This document shows, piece by piece, positions 1-9,490 of a stretch of DNA of 64,000 bases; the first letter of the stretch is position 1, and each line of letters begins with the position of its first letter. The stretch is from Octopus sinensis. Its lineage: Eukaryota. The notes under the pieces were generated by a model. It did not search any database and was not told the origin of the DNA. It saw nothing but the letters and a program-made list of their open reading frames with translations. The position numbers and the translations under genes are program-made. Location: NCBI RefSeq assembly GCF_006345805.1, contig NW_021833425.1:12719-76718 (forward strand), given 5' to 3'.

Positions 1-99
1 GATCTGAGGTATATTGTCCTGTGGTACAATGAGAAGGAAGTCTTTACAGAGATCTCAACTGTAAAGTTTCTTGTTTGGGCATGTTTAGATACCATTGTA

Positions 100-111
100 C
101 TTGTATGTATG

Positions 112-142
<31 letters not shown>

Positions 143-415
143 GTGGATATATACATAAAGATACACATATACATACCTACACATGTGTACACAAGCATAC
201 ACAGATATACATACATATGCACACATACACGTGTATGTGCCTGTATGTGTGCAAAAATATGTGTGTGCGAATATATATATTTATTTATATATGCATATTT
301 CTCACCACTACCATCACTACCACCTCTGCTGTCGCTGCCACTGCCTCCACCACCACCACTACTGCCTTTACTACCACACCTTTACTACCACTGCCACTGC
401 CACTAAAATCAGAAT
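100..415. repeat. (TA)n/(CA)n and (CAC/TAC)n microsatellites
   Basis: Directly visible di- and trinucleotide runs; they generate the overlapping YI-, TH- and poly-T/P-rich ORFs. Confidence 0.95.
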
Positions 416-614
416 ACCTGCTTGTGTACAAGCTCAGAGAAATACTTATTAAAACAGTGGGGTAGTGCATGACCCCACCCCCACACAAACACATGACTTG
501 GTCTATTGGCTAGTTGACACATCACCACAGCCTATTGCCTATACCCCCACATCTCCCCATCATCTCTTCATTTACTCCCTGTAGCACTGTGCCCGACACT
601 GGATTAACCATTAA

Positions 615-1031
615 CCCCTTAACATCTAAACCAGCCATATCCGGTCAAAATATTCTACCTGCTTTATGTTATAACTGGCCAGGTCTGGCCACTCACACCT
701 ACTCTACAATGTCATTCTAAAAATAAACACACACATCAAGCTTTTGAAGCTACAAAATAATTCATAATTAATTCAATGCAATGATTACAGTTAATGGAAT
801 AATCTGAATATTAACCCTTTCATTACCGTATTTATTTTGAGATACTCTGTGTTTCTTTCAATTATTTTAGATATAACAAAGAATTTAGTAAAATAACTTA
901 GTTATCATTAAGCTAGTGTTAGGAACATAAATTGTGTCTAAGGTTTGGTGGAAGATTTTAATTCAAAACTTATGAAAACAAGACATTTATACTGCGGTTT
1001 CAGCCGGGTTGGTATCGAAAGGGTTAAAGGG
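615..1031 (+). mobile_element. piggyBac-type MITE, outer
   Basis: TTAA TSDs at 611-614 and 1032-1035, CCC...GGG termini; intact reverse-oriented family member at 62634-62852. Confidence 0.8.
815..1023. mobile_element. piggyBac-type MITE, inner (nested)
   Basis: TIRs CCCTTTCATTACC / GGTATCGAAAGGG with TTAA TSDs at 811-814 and 1024-1027. Confidence 0.85.
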
Positions 1032-1331
1032 TTAAGCAAAATAAGCACATGTGTAGGATATCAAAAGAATCAGGGGGACACCACAGAAATGGTAAATGGT
1101 TAACAGCACAAAAGAAATCACTTTAAACTTGCTAAAAAAATATTTGAAATATTGGAAGTTCCATGAGAGAGTCCTTCCCAATTGGCTGGATCCCCTAGGT
1201 GTTAATTGGAAGGCATGGAGGTCCATGTGTAATGCTGGAGTAGGATGCTGTAAGAGTGAATGCAAGAAACTACATGAAGAGAGGAGATGTTGTCATCAAC
1301 TCCCTGCAGTTGAGGTTCAGGGTCACTTTCA

Positions 1332-1687
1332 CTATTTCTAATTCTCTCTAAAGGAGACTATGGCAGTGGTACTGGATATTAATAGTTATCGCCAAGCTAA
1401 CTTGGCAGTCCAGATAAATAGGACAAATGCACCGTTGATTAGCTCCAAGAGGCCATCACCTCTAGCTAGCTATGTGACACACAAACCTGTGTCCATTATA
1501 ACCTTCGAACAGGGGAGGTCAGCAGCTTCCCCTTGCTGGTCTGGCATCCACAGACTAGTTTCGAGGTGTTTGCCTCTTATCAATGTGGAGTAGCCGAATC
1601 CAGCAGGTGTCGCTGCTGACCGACTGTTCGAAGGATTACCTAAATTCAGTGGAATACATCCACTGGTTTTCAAAAACCTCCAAAAAC
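1332..1687 (-). mobile_element. Hammerhead-containing non-coding repeat (family 1), one circularly permuted monomer
   Basis: Reverse-complement homology to the unit at 4432-5002; no meaningful ORF; flanked by ~105-bp direct repeats. Confidence 0.8.
1547..1589 (-). ncRNA. Minimal type I hammerhead ribozyme, U3-A8 core variant (copy A)
   Basis: Minus strand reads UCCACA UUGAUAA GAGG CAAACA CCUC GAAA CUAG UC^UGUGGA: 6-bp stem I, 4-bp stem II, palindromic stem III loop; predicted cut between 1553 and 1552. Confidence 0.8.
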
Positions 1688-2043
1688 TGTGTAACACTGG
1701 AGTAGGATGCTGTAAAAGTGAATGAAAGAAACTACATGAAGAGAGGAGACGTCATCAACTCCCTGCAGCTGAGGTTCAGGGTCACTTTCAGTGCCCTCAG
1801 TGACCCAGGATATACTTATTGTGTATCGGTCTTGTCAGCCATGTTGGATCCCTTGAGTAACAATGTGTTGGAGGTGGAGGAAAATAAATGCTGTCTTGGA
1901 TTGATGTCATCACCATTGATGGACTGTCATAAGCCTTCATGCACCCCTTTTCAACCACATATAATGCAGGGTAGCGTTGCATCTCCTACTCAATCAACCC
2001 CACTTTCCTTATTACTTTCTGACCCATATTCACCAAATATCAT

Positions 2044-2102
2044 TATTTCTAATTCTCTCTAAAGGAGACTACGGCAGCAGTACTGGATATTAATAGTTAT
2101 CG
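2044..2102 (-). repeat. Short fragment of the family 1 HHR repeat
   Basis: Near-identical to 1333-1391. Confidence 0.8.
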
Positions 2103-2105
2103 CTA

Positions 2106-2325
2106 GGACATCCTCGTTGAGCTCTACAGGTCTTCCAGGATGATGTTCATCTTCCAGGCTGTAGTTTCTGGCTCCGAATTTCTGGAACTACCATTGACAC
2201 TGGCTTGCACTTATTGTATGATTCCTGTATACTGCTTTAATATTCCTTGTATATTCCATTGCGCTGTTGCCTTTACTGAACTCATAGAGCAAAACATGCC
2301 AAATATGCTCCTTTATCATTTCCAT
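2106..2325 (-). pseudogene. mariner transposase N-terminal (HTH) relic
   Basis: MEMIKEHIWHVLLYEFSKGNSA...RNIKAVY...CQW*FQKF...SLEDEHHPGRPVELNEDV matches mariner N-terminal motifs. Confidence 0.75.
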
Positions 2326-2443
2326 TATAGCTTTGAAAAAAATAACTGTTAAAATGGAACTGCACTCTTCAAAACTCACACTAAGAATAAGTACAAGGTA
2401 AAATTACTACCTATATAAAAGGCTCTTAAACAATCTGAAAAAT

Positions 2444-3180
2444 CCAGCAGAAGAAGATTTGATTTGGTTTTTCTCAAACGAGAAAAACTTCAACCAATAT
2501 CAGAAAGTTAACAAAAGAAATGACAGATGGTTATGTGCAGACCCTTCTGAAGTTCCAAGTGTTATGCATACCAAATTTCCAGTAACTGTCATGGTTTTAG
2601 GGGTTGTCAGCAATGAAGGACATGTGATGCCTCCTTACTTCTTTCCACAAGGCCTTAGAGTTAACTCTGCCACTTACATTGAGGTCCTGGAAATAATTGT
2701 TAAGCCCTGGATAGACAGTGTATGCAATGGAAGGCTATATGTGTTTCAGTAAGACACTGCACTATCAGACATGGCTCTAGTAACTCAGGAATGGATAGGG
2801 AAAAATTTTCCTGATCACATAACCTCTAACATTTGGCCTCCTAATTCTCCAGATCTCAATCCATTGGACTATTACATGTGGACCGTTGTTGAGAGAGAGG
2901 TCAATGAACACACCTGTAACACCAAAGATTCTTTGAAAGCTGCCATAGTCCGAGTAATGTCCAAAATGAACCAGGACCATTTGATTCGAGCATGTGAGTG
3001 ATTTAGATCTCATATAGAAGCAGTTGTTGAAGCTGAAGTTGGCTTTGTTGAATAACATTATAGAAAAGAAGGTTTATTTTTATCCTCATAGCATTTTGTG
3101 ATAAATAAAGTTATTATCTGTTATCATAAATCTGCTTTTTTATAAACATAAATCTGTCCTCAAATATCTTATGCACCCTG
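2444..3180 (+). mobile_element. 5'-truncated Tc1/mariner of the DD37D (maT) type; transposase pseudogene
   Basis: FSNEK...FQ*D...WPPNSPDLNPLDY with 37 residues counted between the second and third D; in-frame stops at 2750 and 2999; stop at 3053-3055; right TIR ending ...TATGCACCCTG followed by TA (3181-3182). Confidence 0.88.
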
Positions 3181-3928
3181 TATTTACACATATATTATGC
3201 ATATATTTAAATATACATGCATATTTCTCTCTCTCTCTTTCCATCACTCTTTTCCTCCTCCTCTCTTTCTCTCTCTCCCCATCATTCTTTTTCTCCTTCT
3301 CTCTCTCTCACCCTGTCTTTCTCTCTGTTGGTGTTTCCTCATTGTTGTTTAGGATGTCATCACCCAGGCAACACTTGGCAGTGAATTTGATTAACACAGA
3401 GAAAAGCTCCCAGCTTGGATCCCTGTCTTTTGTCTTTCCTGCCCAGTTTCCATGGCACAGCTATACTAAAACAATGGGAAACAGGGGCTATTGAATTGCC
3501 ATGGGATGCCTCTGCAGCAGCTTTGTTCAGTTCTATCTTCATTCATTCTGTTAGTGTGTGAGAGGTGATGACAAGCTGTGATGCAGTTTCTACAGCTAAT
3601 ATTATTAGTGTTGCTGGGTGTTATCAGAACCATCCTCAGAGCCATCTCCTTAGAGCTGCTGGTTTAATTGCCAATGAACCAGCCATAAAAAAGACTCTTA
3701 TCGCAGGCCAAATACCCCTGGTGCCAGGCACACAGACATGCATTTACACACGCATGCACATGAACACACATGTACACACATACACATGCATGTAGACATA
3801 CACATGCACGTGTACACATGTACACATAAATATTATTTAGCAATGGTCACTTCTTTATGCAGTTGTTTCTTCCTTTATACATCACATGATCATATATAAG
3901 AGAGAGAGAGAGAGAAAGAGGGAGATAT

Positions 3929-4330
3929 ATGGAGTGACGCTGTGGTAAGTAGCTTGCTTACTAACCGCATGGTCCTGGATTCAGTCCCACTGCATGGCAC
4001 CCGGGGCAAGTGTCTTCTACTATAGCCTTGAGCCGACCAAAGCCTTGTGATTGGATTTGGTAGACAGAAACTGAAAGAAGCCCATCATATATATATATAT
4101 ACATACTCTTTTTACTCTTTACTCTTACTTGTTTCAGTCATTTGACTGCGGCCATGCTGGAGCATCGCCTTTAGTCGAGCAAATCAACCCCAGGACTTAT
4201 TCTTTGTAAGCCCAGTACTTATTCTATCGGTCTCTTTTTGCCGAACCGTTAAGTGACGGCGACGTAAACACACCAGCATCGGTTGTCAAGCAATGCTGGG
4301 GGTACAAACACAGACACACAAACATACATA
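3929..4330. mobile_element. tRNA-derived SINE (major family), forward head joined to an inverted tail
   Basis: Head with A/B-box-like and CORE-like (GGGCAAGTGTCTTCTAC) sequence at 3929-4087, followed by the reverse-complement tail at 4106-4330. Confidence 0.8.
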
Positions 4331-4431
4331 CATATATATATATATATAAATATTAAAGTTTCTAAGTCTCTCTAAAGGAGATTACGGCAGCGTTACTGGA
4401 TATTAATAGTTAATATATAATAGTAATAATA

Positions 4432-4466
4432 GATAAAGGGCAACTACCCTGAAACATGTCTGCAGA
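4432..4466 (+). ncRNA. 5'-truncated hammerhead motif (copy C)
   Basis: GAUAA AGGG CAACUA CCCU GAAA CAUG UC^UGCAGA; the 5' strand of stem I and U4 are missing. Confidence 0.6.
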
Positions 4467-4789
4467 TGTCTGACCAGCAAGGTGAAGCGGCTGACCTCCC
4501 CTGTTCGAAGGTTATAATGGACACAGGTTCGTGTGTCATATAACTAGCTAGAGGCGATGGCCTCTTGGAGCTAATCAGTGGCAGCTTTAGTCTTTTATTT
4601 ATAGACTACCATATTAGCTTGGCGATAACTATTAATATCCAGTAACACTGCCGTAATCTCCTTTAGAGAGACTTAGAAACTTTAATATTTCTATTTTTGA
4701 AAACAAGTGGATGTATTCCACTGAAATTAGGTAATTAAATCCTTCGAACAGACAGTCGGTAGCAACACCTGCTGGGTCTGACTACTCTG

Positions 4790-4830
4790 TGCATTGATAA
4801 AGGGCAACTACCCTGAAACATGTCTGCAGA
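4790..4830 (+). ncRNA. Minimal type I hammerhead ribozyme, U3-A8 variant (copy B)
   Basis: UGCA UUGAUAA AGGG CAACUA CCCU GAAA CAUG UC^UGCAGA; predicted cut 4824/4825. Confidence 0.78.
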
Positions 4831-5526
4831 TGTCTGACCAGCAAGGTGAAGCAGCTGACCTCCCCTGTTTGAAGGTTATAATGGACGCAGGTTCGTGTGT
4901 CATATAACTAGCTAGAGGTGATGGCCTCTTGGAGCTAATCAGCGGCAGCTTTAGTCTTTTATTTATAGACTACCATATTAGCTTGGCGATAACTATTAAT
5001 ATATATATATATATATATTTTGTTTGTGTGTCTGTGTTTGTCCCTCCCCACCATCACTTGACAACTGATGTTGGTGTGTTTATATCCCTGTAACTTAGCA
5101 GTTTGGCAAAAGAGACCAAAAGAATAAGTCCTGGGGTTGATTTGTTCAACTAAATGGTTGCAGTAAAAATGACTGAAAAGAATAAAAGAATAAAAGGATT
5201 AAAAAAAGAATATATATATATATATATATATATTAGACGGTTTGGAAATGATGTACAGGTATTTTATATTAGAAGAAATGAGGTACTCAGAAATTCGGAT
5301 GGTTTTATATTTACAGATATTTATTGTATATTACATGTTTTTATACATCATGTAACTTATATCATATATCATATATCATATATTAGCGCTTTCACCCATT
5401 CTAGTGGGGTTTTCAAATCGAACTAAGTTACTGTGGAAAAATTTTGACCATTTTATAGTGTTATTGAGTGTGTAGTGGTGGGGAGGGATATACGATAGTA
5501 CAAGAGGGTGATGAATGGGGAGAAAG

Positions 5527-5563
<37 letters not shown>

Positions 5564-5701
5564 CAACATTGAGGAACGGCTACAATAGGCCGTTCCTCAA
5601 TTGTTGTTGAATTTATTCATAGTCTCTGACTATTTCCTCTTTCTCACTAGACCGCTGGTGGCAAAATAATTTCTATTGAATTTTTTGCTACCCTAAATTG
5701 A

Positions 5702-5754
<53 letters not shown>

Positions 5755-5769
5755 GTATGTATACATATA

Positions 5770-5810
<41 letters not shown>

Positions 5811-6097
5811 TAATATATATATATATACTCATTTATAATTTGTGTTGCTAGACTCCTAATGTGATGTTGTGTGTTGAAACAGATATTGTTGTATTTCAGG
5901 ATGGTCATTTCATTTTTTTTTTGGCCAAGATGGAAAGTTTTGCTGAGATGGTCATAGATGAAAGATTTCTAGACAATGGACATGAGTTAGAATTGGAACA
6001 GTGACGAATGAGCAAAGAACGAATATATAGTGTATGTGTTTATTTGGCAAAAAAAAAAAATAATAATAACCATCCCGAAATACAATGTGTGTGTGTG

Positions 6098-6129
<32 letters not shown>

Positions 6130-6146
6130 ATATATATATATGTGTG

Positions 6147-6188
<42 letters not shown>

Positions 6189-6350
6189 ACATATATATAT
6201 GTGTGTGTGTGTATATATATATATATATTTCAAAATAGTTTATTCAACAGTTAGTATATACATCCATTAATAATTCTTATATGATAAGAATTTAGAGATA
6301 TATGCTTTTGAATTATTCTAAATACACACACACACACACCACACACACAC

Positions 6351-6383
<33 letters not shown>

Positions 6384-6604
6384 TTCAGCTATGAGGGGCC
6401 AGAGTATCTTCTTCAATCCTTTAATATATTCATTCATATATTTTATGAACTTTGAATGAAAGACATCACCTGGATGTAACCAAAGGGCAATGGGTTACCC
6501 AAATACTAAACAGTACTTCTTCAGTCCTCTGTCATTTCCACTATCCTTACGCGTACTCTTTTACTTGTTTCAGTCATTTAACTGTGGTCATGCTGGAGCA
6601 CCAC

Positions 6605-6840
6605 TGTTGTTGTTATATATATATAGTATTGAGTATTAAAGGAAGTAGTGAGTACTTAGTATGAAAGATTAAGAAAATGAGAGAGACCGAAACAACGTGT
6701 TAACGATACAAGATACTTTATTCGACTGCCGTTGTTGTACAAGTTAATTGTTTTGGCGGGAAACAAAGTGAAAGTCCTTTTATCAAGGGAGACAATGGGC
6801 GACGTTGATTGTTCATGTTTGTTGTGATGATTATATAACA
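6605..6840 (-). repeat. 3' LTR
   Basis: No difference from 10831-11066 found by eye. Confidence 0.95.
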
Positions 6841-6860
6841 TCTTCCTTTTTTTTTTTTTT
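6841..6860 (-). promoter_or_regulatory. Polypurine tract
   Basis: Minus strand A-run + GGAAGA immediately before the 3' LTR. Confidence 0.85.
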
Positions 6861-6884
6861 AATTTAAAAAAAATTTTTTTTATA

Positions 6885-7116
6885 TCATCTGTATCTACAG
6901 GGAATAATTATTCGTCGTCCACTTTTTGTGGTTTTATTATTTTGTAGTGTTGAATTCTGTAGTTGTGCTGTTTTTGTTTTTTCATGCGTGTTTGTTGATT
7001 TTGGAAATATATTTTCATAATCTAATTCTTCTGTTATGCGAACGTGTTCGTTTGTTTTAAGAATATGTTGTCTATTTCGTTTGACTGTATTTCCTTCCTC
7101 TGTTATTACTAAGTAT
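6885..7116 (-). pseudogene. Out-of-frame integrase C-terminal segment
   Basis: SSYLVITEEGNTVKRNRQHI matches the Gypsy PRSY...RRNRxH C-terminal motif but is in a different frame from the integrase core. Confidence 0.7.
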
Positions 7117-8232
7117 GAACTCTGGGAGTTCTGTTGTAATGTTTGATTTCTTCTTTTCGTGAGGCCTGATACCAATTTTGTCGTGTAGTATGTTTGGGAG
7201 ATTTGTTCGCAATGTTCTATTCATTATTTGATTTGCAGGGGATGGTGCACCATTTTGTAATTTAGTCGTGCGTAATGCTAAGAGCGCTAACTGAGGTTCT
7301 TCGTCACTTTTGAATGCCTTTTTTAGCATCTTTTTTATTGTCTGTATATTTCTCTCAACCATGCCATTCGCTTGATGATAATGCGGGCTTGTCTTCGTGT
7401 GATGAAAATGCCAATTTTTTGCAAATTTTTTGAATTCAGCCGAATTGAATTCTGGACCGTTGTCACTTACAACTGTTTGCGGAATTCCGAATTTAGCAAA
7501 AGTTTCTTTTAATTTTTTGATTACGGTTTTTGACTGGCAATCATTTATTTCGTGTAGATCAAAAAATCTTGTTGTATAGTCAATAATTGTGACATACGAA
7601 TTTCCAGACAGGTGAAATACGTCTGTACCCACTTTGGTCCATGGTGTAGTAGGTATTTCATGATTTGTTAGTGGTTCGGCTGCTTGTTGATTTTTGTAGT
7701 CAATGCAGTATGAGCATGTGTTAATCATGTCTTTGATTTGAGCGTTAATGCCGGGCCAGTATATACATTCCTTCGCTCTCTCTATGCATTTTTCGATACC
7801 CATGTGTCCGGTATGTATTTCCTGTAGAGCTTCTCTACGTAATGACTTAGGTACAATTATTCTTGAACCTTTTAGAACGAGACCATTGACGATTGATATT
7901 TCATCACGAACGGATACGAATGGTTTGATGTTTATTGGTATTTTGTCTTTTGGGGGCCATTCTGTTCTTGTATATGTGACGAGTGTCTGTAGAGACGGGT
8001 CGTCTGCAGTGGCTTCTTTATACTCTTTTAATTTAGTGTCGGTTATGGGGTAATTTTTTATTACTACATGAATGTGCGATTTTATATCTTCGTCTGATAC
8101 TTCTGGAGTATTTTGCTCAAGGTATGCACGTGATAGGGTATCTGCAACAATTGATTCTTTACCAGGTATGTGGTTTAGGTCAAAATCATATCTTTGTAAT
8201 GTTAGTAGAAATCTTTGGATTTCTACTAACAT
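7072..8232 (-). CDS. pol: Gypsy pol: RH-INT tether and integrase (separated from RT by stop codons)
   Basis: HHCC (HTGH...CSYC), GTDVF, SDNGPEF and ANGMVER motifs. Confidence 0.9.
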   Translation of the reverse strand: MLVEIQRFLLTLQRYDFDLNHIPGKESIVADTLSRAYLEQNTPEVSDEDIKSHIHVVIKNYPITDTKLKEYKEATADDPSLQTLVTYTRTEWPPKDKIPINIKPFVSVRDEISIVNGLVLKGSRIIVPKSLRREALQEIHTGHMGIEKCIERAKECIYWPGINAQIKDMINTCSYCIDYKNQQAAEPLTNHEIPTTPWTKVGTDVFHLSGNSYVTIIDYTTRFFDLHEINDCQSKTVIKKLKETFAKFGIPQTVVSDNGPEFNSAEFKKFAKNWHFHHTKTSPHYHQANGMVERNIQTIKKMLKKAFKSDEEPQLALLALRTTKLQNGAPSPANQIMNRTLRTNLPNILHDKIGIRPHEKKKSNITTELPEFILSNNRGRKYSQTK

Positions 8233-8239
8233 TGTTCTA

Positions 8240-9490
8240 CTAACAAGTGATCGATTTTTTGAATATTTGCTTCAACGGTTTATGGTCATTTTCGATTCTG
8301 AAATGAGTTCTGTATATAAACTGATGAAATTTCTTGCATGCGAAAACTATACTGAGAGCTTCGCTCTCTATCGGACAGTAGTTTTGTTCCACTTGAGTTG
8401 TTGCACGAGATGCAAACGAAACAGGTAGCCATCTTTCGTTGTGTTTCTGCTCAAGTATCGCTCCGAGCCCATGCTTACTAGCATCTGTAGTTATTTTTAT
8501 TGGTAGATCTGGATCATAAAATTGTAGCACTGGTTTTCTGGTAATCATTTCTTTTAGCTTTTTTATTGCTTCGATTTGTGGTTTGTCGAATGACCATAAC
8601 GTGTCACTCTGTAGAAGCTGGCGCAATGGTGCTGTGACTTCGGAGTAATTAGATAAAAATTTACATAAGTAATTTGTCATACCTAGGAATCTTTGTAATT
8701 CTTTTTTACTTGTTGGCAGTGGCATGTGAATGATTGCTTGTACCTTGGTTGGATCTTGTTTTATCCCTTCGCTGGTTAATATATGCCCAAGGTACTTGAT
8801 TTGTGATTCATAGAAGATACACTTTGATTTATTTAACTTTAATCCGTGCTTTCGGATTCGATCGAAAACTTGTTGTAGTCTATTTGTGTGTTCTTCTAAA
8901 GTGTTGGACCAGATTATGATGTCATCCTGTGAATTTCTTGCTCCTTCTATGCCCTCTATTATTTTTGAAATTTCTTTTTGGAAAACTTCACTGGTGCTGT
9001 GAATTCCAAAGGGTAGTCGTGTGAAGCGATACCTTCCAAAAGGTGTGTTGAACGTTAAAAGATGGGAGCTTTCTTCGTCAACTGGAATTTTCCAGTATCC
9101 ATTAGATGCATCTAGTTTTGAAAAATATTTAGGGTTATGCATTTGTGCAAAAATGTCCTCCGCTGTAGGGAGTTTGAAATGTTGCCTTTTTATGGCTTTG
9201 TTTAGATTCTTGGGGTCTAAACAGAGTCGGAGTTTTCCGTTGGCTTTTTCAACGATGACTAGGGAATTTACCCAGTCTGTAGGTTCACTAACAGGTTTTA
9301 TGATATCTAATTCTGTCATTCTTTTTAATTCTTTGTTGAGTTTTTCTTTTATAGAAAAAGGAACCGATCTTGGTGGATGAATTACAGGAGTTATTTGTGG
9401 ATCCACTGTGATATGATGTGTTATTGACAAAGTGCCGATTTCTCCGAAACAGTCTTCATATTTTTCTAATATGTCGTTTGTGTTCGACGA
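8240..9490 (-). CDS. pol: Gypsy pol: reverse transcriptase and RNase H
   Basis: LRLCLDPKNLN, KLDASNGYW, LPFG, SQDD, TDASKHGLGA and ENDHKPL motifs; frame is open upstream to the A8 run at 9492-9499. Confidence 0.92.
   Translation of the reverse strand, partial: SSNTNDILEKYEDCFGEIGTLSITHHITVDPQITPVIHPPRSVPFSIKEKLNKELKRMTELDIIKPVSEPTDWVNSLVIVEKANGKLRLCLDPKNLNKAIKRQHFKLPTAEDIFAQMHNPKYFSKLDASNGYWKIPVDEESSHLLTFNTPFGRYRFTRLPFGIHSTSEVFQKEISKIIEGIEGARNSQDDIIIWSNTLEEHTNRLQQVFDRIRKHGLKLNKSKCIFYESQIKYLGHILTSEGIKQDPTKVQAIIHMPLPTSKKELQRFLGMTNYLCKFLSNYSEVTAPLRQLLQSDTLWSFDKPQIEAIKKLKEMITRKPVLQFYDPDLPIKITTDASKHGLGAILEQKHNERWLPVSFASRATTQVEQNYCPIESEALSIVFACKKFHQFIYRTHFRIENDHKPLKQIFKKSITC

Larger units (their letters stand above)
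601..1140 (+). mobile_element. hAT-like element left-end fragment (host of nested piggyBac MITEs)
   Basis: GGATTAACCA-TTAA (601-614) and GCAAAATAAGCA...AAAGAAATCACTTTA (from 1036) rejoin into the sequence seen uninterrupted at 59161-59280, which belongs to a hAT derivative. Confidence 0.65.
1140..1860 (+). pseudogene. RTE-clade LINE ORF2 C-terminal relic, split by the HHR repeat
   Basis: Removing 1332-1790 gives ...WKAWRSMCNAGV...EERR...HFQCPQ*PRIYLLCIGLVSHVGS, resembling the RTE C-terminal WR motif and CPxCxR..IGLxSH finger. Confidence 0.55.
4348..5002 (+). mobile_element. Family 1 HHR repeat: ~1.6 head-to-tail units (364-nt period) preceded by a 65-bp inverted segment
   Basis: Direct repeat 4432-4637 vs 4796-5002; 4348-4412 is the reverse complement of 4626-4690. 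Confidence 0.85.
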
